The notes beneath the pieces are model-generated. The model was not told the DNA's origin. It did no database searches and was given only the letters and a program-made list of their open reading frames with translations. 32,000 bases of DNA from an uncultured Alphaproteobacteria bacterium (GTDB lineage Bacteria; Pseudomonadota; Alphaproteobacteria; Rs-D84), in contig OZ007020.1 of the NCBI GenBank assembly GCA_963931495.1, positions 420,001 to 452,000 on the forward strand, read 5' to 3'. The translations under genes and the position numbers were made by a program. Below are positions 15,001-22,041 of this stretch, one piece after another. Within the stretch, counting starts at the first letter, position 1. Each line of letters begins with the position of its first letter.

Positions 15001-15747
15001 GTTGCGTCTGATGTTGCGTATGGAATGGGACGCTGGTCGTTTGGGGCACGTGCGTATTCGGGGAATATTACAGATGAAACAATGCTGGATAATGATCCGA
15101 CCATTTCGTCACAGTATTTGCCGGCCCGTTTAGGGATGATGCATGGGGTGCAGTCGGATGTTGCATGGAATGGCGATAAGTTCGGATTTACAGCAGCGTT
15201 CGGTGTGGCGCATGAAACGAATACTCTGTTGGGGGCGTTGTCTGGTGGGTTGTTGAATATGGGTAATGGCGATACGTCATATATTGATACAGAATTACGT
15301 TGGGCGCCGATGGATAAACTGAATTTCACACTGCGTTCAACATTTGCGCGGACATCGTCGGATGCCAGTGGTGAATTTATATTGGGAATGTCTGATGTTG
15401 ATTCACGGGCCTTTGCATTCGGAATGGATATTGGTAATTTTAAGTTCAGTGTATCGCAACCATTGGTTGTTACGAATGGATATTTGATGTATCCGTATGC
15501 AGACTATGATATCACCGAAAGTGCCGATGGAAAATATGACTTGGCCATAACAAATACGCATGTTGAACATATGGATTTAAGTGCCCAGCATCGTGAAGTA
15601 CGATTTGTTGGTGAATATCGTCATAACTTTGGCGAATTTACAGATGGGGCCGTTGGATTTATATATCGGGTTAATCCAAATAATACAGATATGTTCGGAA
15701 ACGAAGCGATACTGATGATGAAAATGACACATCGTTTGGGAATATAA
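12025..15747 (+). CDS. Autotransporter-like outer-membrane protein. It has an N-terminal ankyrin repeat region, a hydrophobic/Gly-rich segment, a subtilase (S8, NalP/SphB1-type)-like passenger that looks catalytically degenerate, and a C-terminal beta-barrel region.
   Basis: Signal peptide MKYIRIFLFALFFAPMAAFA. ANK pattern AAKNADIQQVQNLINSGANVNYVDSTGLSLVCTALMNNDVRAAQILQMYGADAS at nt ~12106-12294. Hydrophobic SLAAAGAAVVVGGLFLLTDWL at 12376-12438. S8-autotransporter-like landmarks are RVCG...DPWCFAAAGV (14140-14208) and FGYGVINLERATKPG (~14473-14517). The C-terminal ~300 aa has alternating beta-strand-like sequence (FGFSMAFSEKPY...GFIYRVNP...). Confidence 0.8.
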   Translation: MKYIRIFLFALFFAPMAAFAATPSNEFMVAAQLLSAAKNADIQQVQNLINSGANVNYVDSTGLSLVCTALMNNDVRAAQILQMYGADASQCDRQIKQYESRNVPESSGGLFSGLSSAQSISLAAAGAAVVVGGLFLLTDWLDPGNENNNGGISGGGDRPGQGDGSGGNGNKTEWQVGAIPYGPAMPDAEAETKNYTANLNLYSDAESFKENFTLMTKTYRQNYLLMMHGYSSFARGYMGQRTLRYEDRSPVPASVLGNYNLGQWQLGGGRPVTVALVTENGINAASKPAGEISAEKNSLDDQLLVWATMSGDKVNNTDVGMLSSKYYNNVIQLGTGEGDTLTNSYTYEDGTLVNNFDLAGFGTAVNNTSATNDDDLLAKVVGGGTSGYPNADFMGFMPNGQMMIFRTGDGNGLVNIAKDEQSATGTYTMAGDSLATGDTLSLFGKTLTVTRTGNQITAVADDETKYTGYIGADGLLYIDSAADGVIDQAYELADNNLTMVKKAGKIDYYNYKALINAAALYNANGLTGDLEGGRSRPFILANASVIEPLHDKSSATIEDVLSYGNDSDSLLYGFTTLINEYYNNSETDGVNGNDDTPDVYATAFFKGLGMTYSPLVIFSTGASETDANYSGKHLEASFENSAPLVFDNMEHLFMSVVPVSLSGAGTANVETVSGFNPSNSKYQVSQWQSTNGTSDTTDDDTFYMGRVCGVAGTGANGVDPWCFAAAGVTDELAVASAAGAAGSLKSAFSYMSSEQLFTLMALTADGAYLGTDTSGNPFSTEESLISYLQGIYQMPNEYEYRWKEGGENYLDVFKEVFGYGVINLERATKPGTNIYFYNGTDIVSDNGNAYWRAATNTVFRPSSVFGARAATISAPFFDVLESFDGSMTLPRVWKNEFSLAGASERGLYMGDVLGDFKTRDSDAPRVQFGNFGFSMAFSEKPYVDNLNGLDELSMDYSLGNWNFAAGYQRHFTDGNSRYNGMSNPILGLASNVVASDVAYGMGRWSFGARAYSGNITDETMLDNDPTISSQYLPARLGMMHGVQSDVAWNGDKFGFTAAFGVAHETNTLLGALSGGLLNMGNGDTSYIDTELRWAPMDKLNFTLRSTFARTSSDASGEFILGMSDVDSRAFAFGMDIGNFKFSVSQPLVVTNGYLMYPYADYDITESADGKYDLAITNTHVEHMDLSAQHREVRFVGEYRHNFGEFTDGAVGFIYRVNPNNTDMFGNEAILMMKMTHRLGI

Positions 15748-15765
15748 CAGATTTTGTCCGGCGGT

Positions 15766-15792
15766 AAGCATCCCAATATGGGGTGCTTTTTT
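15766..15792 (+). terminator. Intrinsic terminator
   Basis: AAGCATCCC (15766-15774), loop AATAT, GGGGTGCTT (15780-15788) with one G-U pair, then a T-run. Confidence 0.75.
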
Positions 15793-15870
15793 GATTTTAT
15801 TCATGACAATATTACTTGATAAAAAATATTTTTATCATATTATAATTTGGCTTGAAAAAAGGTGTTCATA

Positions 15871-16284
15871 ATGAGTTTATACAAGGGTATTGAGTATATA
15901 AAAAATATTTTTTCACAAAATGTGTCGTATCCCGGCAAAGATTCTGTGCGTGATGCAGAAACATTGTCGTTTATCGGTGCGGATGCACGTTTTTTACGGG
16001 CGCGTAATGGATGTGTATATTTTTACTATTGTCCACTGAATGTCGCCGATTTAGAAGTGGCAAAATTTTTGTTGGCCAGAAATGGTATTCGGGCATCTGT
16101 TCATAACAGTCGTTTTTATTATCGTGTGCGCCCAATTTTACGCGCGCCGCGCCGTCGTATCGCCGGCAATCCAGAACGTATGAATTTTGTGAAATCAATT
16201 GATGTTACGAATAATAAATCTGTTCCTGATTTTGAATCACGTATGCGCGAAATACAAAATCAGATGCAACAAAGGACAAAATAA
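15871..16284 (+). CDS. Hypothetical cytoplasmic protein (137 aa)
   Basis: The ATG at 15871 is preceded by AAGGTG (15859-15864). The track start at 15862 is a GTG inside the RBS. No signal peptide. The C-terminal half is basic. I recognise no family. Confidence 0.65.
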   Translation: MSLYKGIEYIKNIFSQNVSYPGKDSVRDAETLSFIGADARFLRARNGCVYFYYCPLNVADLEVAKFLLARNGIRASVHNSRFYYRVRPILRAPRRRIAGNPERMNFVKSIDVTNNKSVPDFESRMREIQNQMQQRTK

Positions 16285-16310
16285 AAATCGCCCATTTGGG
16301 CGATTTTTAT
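16284..16310. terminator. Bidirectional intrinsic terminator
   Basis: A-run, ATCGCCC (16287-16293), loop ATTT, GGGCGAT (16298-16304), T-run. It abuts the stop codons of both convergent genes. Confidence 0.8.
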
Positions 16311-17719
16311 TTTGCAAAGAATCTGTTATAAACCTTTTCATTTATTTCAACCGGATATTCGCGAATCAAGAATTCGTTGTAATCGTCAATAATTTCACGA
16401 TTTGACATTGTTTCCAATTCTTTACGCAATTCGGACATCTTTTTATCGTTATGTGTTGGTGCGATTTCTTGGTCAATATGCATGACGTAAAATGCATCAG
16501 TGCCCGCCACAATTGAATTTGTTCCGATTTCGTTGTTGAATGCCGCGGTCAGAACATCTAATGGTGCACCAGATGTGCGTGACACGGTTGCTGTTTTCTT
16601 GTTGGTCATATTGCCGTTCTGGTTCAAATCAACCAAAATTTCGTTTGCACGGACATATGCCTGTTTGCGCTGTTCGTTGCGACGCCAATCAGAAACCAGA
16701 TTTTGTTTCACAGATTCAAATTCGGCATTATGCGACGGAATTACGGCATCAACACGCACAATGACAAAACCCATATCTGTTTCAATTAATTCGCTTTCCA
16801 TGCCTTCGTCCATATCAAATATGCGGGCAATCATGCGGTCGGTTAATAATTTATCCACTGGGCGATTTTCTGCGTCAAATGTTCCCAGCGAAACGTATTT
16901 CGCATCATGTGATTTGGCCGCAACATCCATCGGATTGCCGGCGATTATATCATCTTCAACCATTATGGCGACATCGTATGCCGCATCATAACTGTCTGGT
17001 TTGTCCATTTCGGCCGGAATTAAAACATATGATACGGTGCGCTGTTCCGGGATTACATGTGGGTTTTGTTCGTAAAACGCGCGTAATTCGGAATCAGACG
17101 GATTATCCGTGGTAAATTCAGAAAATTTTACCGTTGAATAATCAATCTTGCGTTCGCCATATCGGGCGTCATATGTTGCCGTAACAGCAAAATCCGCCAC
17201 CGGCATTGGTACAGATAACGCGCCCAAGACATATTCACGGATAATCTGGTTGCGCAGAACGGCGGCAAATGCAGCCTCGCTATATCCGGTATTCATCAAT
17301 ATTGTGTCAAACAAATATGTGGAAAATTGACCATTTTCTTGGAATTCTGGGAATTCACGAATTTCACGCGCAATTTCAGAATCTGATACAACGAATCCCA
17401 AATCACGACCACGGTTTTCGGCCATTGCCTGGGTCGTTAATTTTGACAGCACAGATTGATTTAATGCATCGGTTAATGCCGAATCAGCGTAAACAACCCG
17501 CTGTTCTTCGCGGGACATGTCCGCCAACTGGGACGTTTTTTCCAAACTGAATTGTTGTATTGTTATTTCTGTGCCACCAACGCGAACCAAGGTGGTGTCA
17601 CCCGCACTGCCACCGAAAATCCATTCGGCAACACCCCATCCGACAAATGAAAACGCCAATAATGCAATCAAGATTTTTGCAACAGGTTTGTCCGCCGCAT
17701 TACGTAAATATTCTAGCAT
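16307..17719 (-). CDS. ppiD: PpiD-like periplasmic chaperone / SurA N-terminal-domain protein (membrane-anchored)
   Basis: The N-terminus MLEYLRNAADKPVAKILIALLAFSFVGWGVAEW followed by ...V.G.EI....F is the typical PpiD signal-anchor plus SurA_N pattern. At 470 aa it is shorter than E. coli PpiD, and I see no clear parvulin signature. Confidence 0.65.
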   Translation of the reverse strand: MLEYLRNAADKPVAKILIALLAFSFVGWGVAEWIFGGSAGDTTLVRVGGTEITIQQFSLEKTSQLADMSREEQRVVYADSALTDALNQSVLSKLTTQAMAENRGRDLGFVVSDSEIAREIREFPEFQENGQFSTYLFDTILMNTGYSEAAFAAVLRNQIIREYVLGALSVPMPVADFAVTATYDARYGERKIDYSTVKFSEFTTDNPSDSELRAFYEQNPHVIPEQRTVSYVLIPAEMDKPDSYDAAYDVAIMVEDDIIAGNPMDVAAKSHDAKYVSLGTFDAENRPVDKLLTDRMIARIFDMDEGMESELIETDMGFVIVRVDAVIPSHNAEFESVKQNLVSDWRRNEQRKQAYVRANEILVDLNQNGNMTNKKTATVSRTSGAPLDVLTAAFNNEIGTNSIVAGTDAFYVMHIDQEIAPTHNDKKMSELRKELETMSNREIIDDYNEFLIREYPVEINEKVYNRFFAK

Positions 17720-17787
17720 TTAATCCCCTTTTGCGATACCATAGCAAAACGATATCAGAAAAATCAACGAAAAAAAGGGAATTTTCA

Positions 17788-18492
17788 ATGAAAATTATTG
17801 CAGGTAATTGGAAAATGAATGGGTCGCGCGATGCGCTGGTTAATATGGTGCGGGCGTTGCAGGATATAGATACCAGTAATACAGTTATTTTGTGCGTTCC
17901 GTATACTATGCTGGGGGTTGATGGCGGAAATGTTTATATCGGCGCCCAGGATGCCAGTGCGCATGATAAAGGTGCGTATACTGGTGAAGTTTCTGCCGAT
18001 ATGATTGCCGATACTGGGGCCCGGTATGTTATTGTGGGGCACAGCGAATGTCGCGCATATCACAACGATACAAATGATACGGTTCGGCAAAAGGCCGCCG
18101 CTGTTATCGCCGCAGGTATGGTGCCAATTATATGTGTCGGTGAAACAATGGACGAAAAACAGGCCGGAAAAACAATGGAAGTCATTGAATCAGGGGTACG
18201 GGAATCTGTGCCGTCGGATCCAGATGGTGATGTTATTATTGCATATGAACCACGGTGGGCAATTGGGGCAGGGCTGACCCCGACAAACGTGGAAATTGCC
18301 ACAGCACATAAATTGATTGCAGATACGCTGGATTCCATGGGATTAAGTAATACGCCGATTTTATATGGGGCCAGTGTCAAGGCATCTAATGCGGCGGATA
18401 TCATGTCTGTGCCAAATGTCGGGGGTGTTTTGGTTGGCGGGGCGTCCTTGAAACCTGATGACTTCATACCTATAATAACCAGTATCAAATAA
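17788..18492 (+). CDS. tpiA: Triose-phosphate isomerase
   Basis: MKIIAGNWKMNGS, VIVGHSECR, ICVGET, IAYEPRWAIGAG, ILYGASVK. RBS AAGGGA lies 7 nt upstream. The track ORF 17560.. is an upstream read-through extension. Confidence 0.95.
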   Translation: MKIIAGNWKMNGSRDALVNMVRALQDIDTSNTVILCVPYTMLGVDGGNVYIGAQDASAHDKGAYTGEVSADMIADTGARYVIVGHSECRAYHNDTNDTVRQKAAAVIAAGMVPIICVGETMDEKQAGKTMEVIESGVRESVPSDPDGDVIIAYEPRWAIGAGLTPTNVEIATAHKLIADTLDSMGLSNTPILYGASVKASNAADIMSVPNVGGVLVGGASLKPDDFIPIITSIK

Positions 18493-18527
18493 GTATAGGA
18501 TTATTACAGGTGATGTAAGGATATAAA

Positions 18528-19103
18528 ATGTCAGACAAAGAAATAAAAATAGATACTGTATCAGTTAATGATCTAGATTCGGCACCCACAGCGGGTAAGG
18601 CCGCGTGCACGGATTCTGAAAATATACCTGGGGACAATGGGGGCGAACCAATTGATATGGCCGAACAAATTGAAAAACTTAATGCCCAGGTAACAGAATT
18701 AACAGATAAATATTTACGTGTGGCGGCGGAATTAGAAAATACACGTCGGCGTGCGGCATTGGATATTGAAGCGGCGGCACGTAATCGGGCCATGGTCATA
18801 GCCAAGAAATTCTTGCCGGTGATGGATGCAATTGAATCTGCGCAAAAGCACAGCCCAGATGACGAAGGTATAAAATCGTTGGCAATGGCAATGGACGGCG
18901 CATTTGCGCAAATTGGTATTGTCAAAATAGAATCTGTGGGCCAGGTTATGAATCCGCAATTTCATAACGCAATCCAAGTAATAGATGCACCATCCGCAGA
19001 TGGAAAAAGTGTCCCGCATAATACGATTGTTGAAGAAATGCAGTCTGGGTATATGTTTGGCGACAGTGTTTTGCGTCCGGCAATGGTTGTTGTATCTAAA
19101 TAA
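18528..19103 (+). CDS. grpE: Nucleotide exchange factor GrpE
   Basis: LTDKYLRVAAELENTRRRAALDIEAAARNRAMVIAKKFLPVMDAIESA and the C-terminal ...FHNAIQVIDA...GYMFGDSVLRPAMVVVSK are typical GrpE patterns. Confidence 0.93.
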   Translation: MSDKEIKIDTVSVNDLDSAPTAGKAACTDSENIPGDNGGEPIDMAEQIEKLNAQVTELTDKYLRVAAELENTRRRAALDIEAAARNRAMVIAKKFLPVMDAIESAQKHSPDDEGIKSLAMAMDGAFAQIGIVKIESVGQVMNPQFHNAIQVIDAPSADGKSVPHNTIVEEMQSGYMFGDSVLRPAMVVVSK

Positions 19104-19134
19104 AAAATCCCGTTTTGTAACGGGATTTTTTTTA
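19102..19134. terminator. Bidirectional intrinsic terminator
   Basis: A6, ATCCCGTT (19107-19114), loop TTGT, AACGGGAT (19119-19126), T8. Confidence 0.85.
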
Positions 19135-20370
19135 TGACAGTTTGTGAATTACCAATCCACTGCGTAATTTTGGTTCAAACCACGTTGTCTTTGGTGGCAT
19201 GATGTTGCCAGTGTCGGCAATATCAATAATTTGACGCATCGTCACAGGATACAGTGCAAATGCCACCGCCATTTCCCCAGAATCAACGCGTTTCTGCAAT
19301 TCACCCAGTCCGCGAATTCCGCCAACGAAATCAATACGTTTGCTGGTGCGCAAATCACCCAGATTTAATATTTTATCAAATACCAGATTTGACAGCACCG
19401 TTACATCCAGTACCCCAATCGGGTCGTTGTCATTGTATGTACCCGGTTTGGCGGTCAACGAATACCATTTGCCATTCAAATACATTCCAAAGTTATGTAA
19501 TTTGTTCGGTTTATAGATATCTGGACCGATTTCAGTGACGTCAAACGATTCGCGCAATTTATTCAGAAATTCGTCCGGGGTCAGCCCATTCAAATCACGT
19601 ACAACGCGGTTATAGTCAATAACGTGCAATTGACTTTCCGGGAATATTACCGCCAAGAAATAATTATATTCTTCGTTGCCGGTGTGATTCGGATTTGCGT
19701 TACGTTTTTCTTCGCCAACCAACGCCGCCGCCGCTGTTCTGTGGTGACCATCGGCAACATATAATGCCGGGATATCACGGAATATTTCGGTTATGCGTGC
19801 ATTAATTGCGTCATCGTCAATTTTCCAGAATGTATGGCCAAAGCCGTCTGGGGCCACAAAGTCGTATTCAGGCGTATGTGACGCGACGTAATCTGAAACA
19901 ATTTTGTTCATTTCATCAACGTCTGGGTATGCAAAGAATACTGGTTCAATGTTCGCGTTTTGGATACGAACGTGAATCATACGATCTTCTTCTTTGTCTT
20001 TGCGGGTTAATTCATGCTTTTTGATTTTGCCGGTCATATAGTCTTCAACACTGGCGGCGGCAACCAGACCGTATTGTGTACGTCCATCCATTGTTTGGGC
20101 ATAGATGTAATACATTTCTTTATCATCTTGGACCAACCAACCGCGTTCTTGCCACAGTTTGAAATTTTCAACCGCTTTGTCATACACCGCCGGCGAATGT
20201 TCATCCGCAATTGGATTAAAATCTATTTCTGGTTTTATAATATGTAACAGTGATTTTTCACCGGCTTCGGCCTGGGCTTCGGCAGAATTCAGAACGTCAT
20301 ATGGACGCGATGCAACATCAGCGGCAAATTCTTTGGGCGGACGTACGCCGGCAAATGGCTTTATTTTCAT
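19132..20370 (-). CDS. DUF1015 family protein
   Basis: The start MKIKPFAGVRPPKEFAADVASRPYDVL is the typical DUF1015 N-terminus. AAAGGAG lies 8 nt upstream of the ATG at 20370. The track start at 20436 adds 22 unlikely residues. The ADGHHR motif is present. Confidence 0.85.
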   Translation of the reverse strand: MKIKPFAGVRPPKEFAADVASRPYDVLNSAEAQAEAGEKSLLHIIKPEIDFNPIADEHSPAVYDKAVENFKLWQERGWLVQDDKEMYYIYAQTMDGRTQYGLVAAASVEDYMTGKIKKHELTRKDKEEDRMIHVRIQNANIEPVFFAYPDVDEMNKIVSDYVASHTPEYDFVAPDGFGHTFWKIDDDAINARITEIFRDIPALYVADGHHRTAAAALVGEEKRNANPNHTGNEEYNYFLAVIFPESQLHVIDYNRVVRDLNGLTPDEFLNKLRESFDVTEIGPDIYKPNKLHNFGMYLNGKWYSLTAKPGTYNDNDPIGVLDVTVLSNLVFDKILNLGDLRTSKRIDFVGGIRGLGELQKRVDSGEMAVAFALYPVTMRQIIDIADTGNIMPPKTTWFEPKLRSGLVIHKLS

Positions 20371-20415
20371 ACTTGATACTCCTTTGCTGTTTGAATTTAT
20401 GTTGGAACATATTAA

Positions 20416-20443
20416 ATTATACCCCCATAAATCCAAAAGGCAA
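20416..20443 (-). promoter_or_regulatory. Putative promoter for the DUF1015 gene
   Basis: On the minus strand: TTGCCT (20443-20438), 16 nt, TATAAT (20421-20416). Confidence 0.45.
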
Positions 20444-20462
20444 ACGTCCGCTGTGAAAATTT

Positions 20463-21560
20463 TTATTGCGCGTTTTGTGTAACAGTTATTGGAATGATTG
20501 TTTCTGAACGCGTGTCATCCAATGGGTGTGACTGGAACGATACAGTTGCAAAGTCAATCTTGTCCAGTTCAATTGCGCGCAATGTTCGGTTGTACATTGT
20601 ATGGTAATATACCACGCGATCATGCATGTCGGTCGCAATTGTCCATTGGGTCGCAGATGGCATATTTACCGGCGCGCGGCCAACAGGGTATTCTGTACCC
20701 AATGGCACATCAAAGTTGTTCAAGATATGAAACGCCTGCATCGCAGAATCATATGATGTGTCTTGCTGGATAGAATATGTCTGTAAAAATGCTGCGCGAA
20801 CGAATCGCGATGGCGGGGTAAAGTCCCCCGGCAATCCCAAAAATCCAGAACCGGCACCAAACGCGTTTAACGATATCGGACCCATCTTTATCGGACCGGC
20901 CGTGCCCGGAATCAGGTTCACGTAATTATTCAAATTCTTTAATTGCCACGGATAGTCGGGTGAATTTGTCAGTACGCCCAGTTGACTGTCATAAACGTTG
21001 GGGCGCCCGTCAACGAATTCAATGATTATTTGTTTCCCAGATGGTTCGGTGACGCGCCAGTGCGCGGTTGATGCACGTGGGTCAATGCTGGTTACGCGTA
21101 TGTCTTGGATTGCATCGCGCACTTGGTCAACGGTGGAAAATCGTGACAATATCCATGATACTAATTGAAAATCAGAAATTGTTTTTGCTTTTTCATCGGG
21201 GTCATATTCAGGGTATTCCCCGTATCCAGGAAAGTAAAATAATCCTGCGGACAGACCGGCTTCGTTCATGCCGTCTACGACCCAGCCAGGTTCCACCACC
21301 GCCAAGCCGACATATCCGTACATCGCAGAAAATGCCATTCCGCCCGTTTCGCCATTGGGCAACATTGATTGTTGAATATATCCGCGTGGTACAATTGTGT
21401 ACATGTTGTCCATTTCTGAGGCGCCCCATTCAATGGTGCGCGCAGTAACCACGCCGTTATCTTTGGATTTCAGGGTGATACCTGTACAGGCATCGGCCCC
21501 GTTTGCACTGATTAAGCCGATTGTCGCGGCCAGTGCGAAAAATAATTCTCTCTTTGCCAT
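20463..21560 (-). CDS. Exported choloylglycine hydrolase family (linear amide C-N hydrolase, Ntn) protein
   Basis: I take the start at MAKRELFFALAATIGLISANGADA|CTGITLKSKDNGVVTARTIEWG. The signal peptide ends exactly before the Cys that would be the N-terminal nucleophile of the CBAH/penicillin V acylase family. The track start at 21671 would overlap the tRNA. Confidence 0.8.
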   Translation of the reverse strand: MAKRELFFALAATIGLISANGADACTGITLKSKDNGVVTARTIEWGASEMDNMYTIVPRGYIQQSMLPNGETGGMAFSAMYGYVGLAVVEPGWVVDGMNEAGLSAGLFYFPGYGEYPEYDPDEKAKTISDFQLVSWILSRFSTVDQVRDAIQDIRVTSIDPRASTAHWRVTEPSGKQIIIEFVDGRPNVYDSQLGVLTNSPDYPWQLKNLNNYVNLIPGTAGPIKMGPISLNAFGAGSGFLGLPGDFTPPSRFVRAAFLQTYSIQQDTSYDSAMQAFHILNNFDVPLGTEYPVGRAPVNMPSATQWTIATDMHDRVVYYHTMYNRTLRAIELDKIDFATVSFQSHPLDDTRSETIIPITVTQNAQ

Positions 21561-21663
21561 GTTGTCATTATTGCGCGTTTGAATTTTTTTTCCACAGGAA
21601 AGATGTCGGCAAACAGTTTTTAATTGCAAACGTAATAAATGCAATATATAATGCCCAACACAT

Positions 21664-21737
21664 TGGGGCATAGTTTAACGGTAGAACTCCGGACTCTGAC
21701 TCCGTCAGTGTTGGTTCGAATCCAGCTGCCCCAACCA
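21664..21737 (+). tRNA. tRNA-Gln (anticodon CUG)
   Basis: Hand-folded cloverleaf. Acceptor TGGGGCA/TGCCCCA. D-arm GTTT-AACGGTA-GAAC. Anticodon arm CCGGA-CTCTGAC-TCCGT (one C-T mismatch). Variable loop CAGT. T-arm GTTGG-TTCGAAT-CCAGC. Encoded ACCA end. Confidence 0.9.
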
Positions 21738-21843
21738 CTCTTCGCGTCTGTGGCGTTGCGCCGGTAAGCCGAAGCGGAACAGTTCACGCAAAGGAGTGCT
21801 GCACGAGGTTTTAACGAAGTGTGGCAGACGCACTTAATATTTA

Positions 21844-21871
21844 CTCTGCTGTTCGGCGGGGGTATTTTTTT
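21844..21871 (+). terminator. Possible intrinsic terminator ending the tRNA-Gln transcription unit
   Basis: CTCTGCT (21844-21850), loop GTTC, GGCGGGG (21855-21861). This gives 7 bp including 3 G-U pairs. GTA and then T7 (21865-21871) follow. Confidence 0.4.
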
Positions 21872-22041
21872 GGAATGCGCAGATACTTAATTAATTGTAC
21901 AAATTAATCATACAAAATACACAAATGGACTGGTTGGTACAGTTGCTATGAATACATTCATGTGTTTTTGTGGTTGCAAGTTTGATATATTATGCTAGGC
22001 TTTTTGGTGAGAAGGGTTTTCGCAATTACAAAGGAGAAAAT

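Noticed and set aside
17560-17787. A 76-codon N-terminal extension of the tpiA ORF in the track.
   Set aside because: The extension overlaps the ppiD-like gene on the other strand. The canonical TIM N-terminus MKIIAGNWKMNG starts at 17788 and has an AAGGGA RBS.
20371-20436. A 22-codon extension of the DUF1015 ORF.
   Set aside because: The ATG at 20370 has an AAAGGAG RBS and yields the family-typical MKIKPF... N-terminus.
21561-21671. A 37-codon N-terminal extension of the hydrolase ORF.
   Set aside because: It would overlap the tRNA-Gln gene. The internal Met at 21560 gives a proper signal peptide ending at the catalytic Cys.
21738-21871. Possibility that the tRNA trailer is the 4.5S/SRP RNA or a tmRNA fragment.
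   Set aside because: It is not a single long hairpin. I cannot find the conserved SRP helix-8 motif (GGAA tetraloop with AGCA/GGAAGCAGCC flanks). There is no tRNA-like 3' end for a tmRNA.
21664-22041. Possibility of a genomic island or prophage integrated at tRNA-Gln.
   Set aside because: There is no integrase, excisionase or phage gene in the window. I did not spot a direct repeat of the tRNA 3' end downstream. Family genes occur on both sides of the tRNA.
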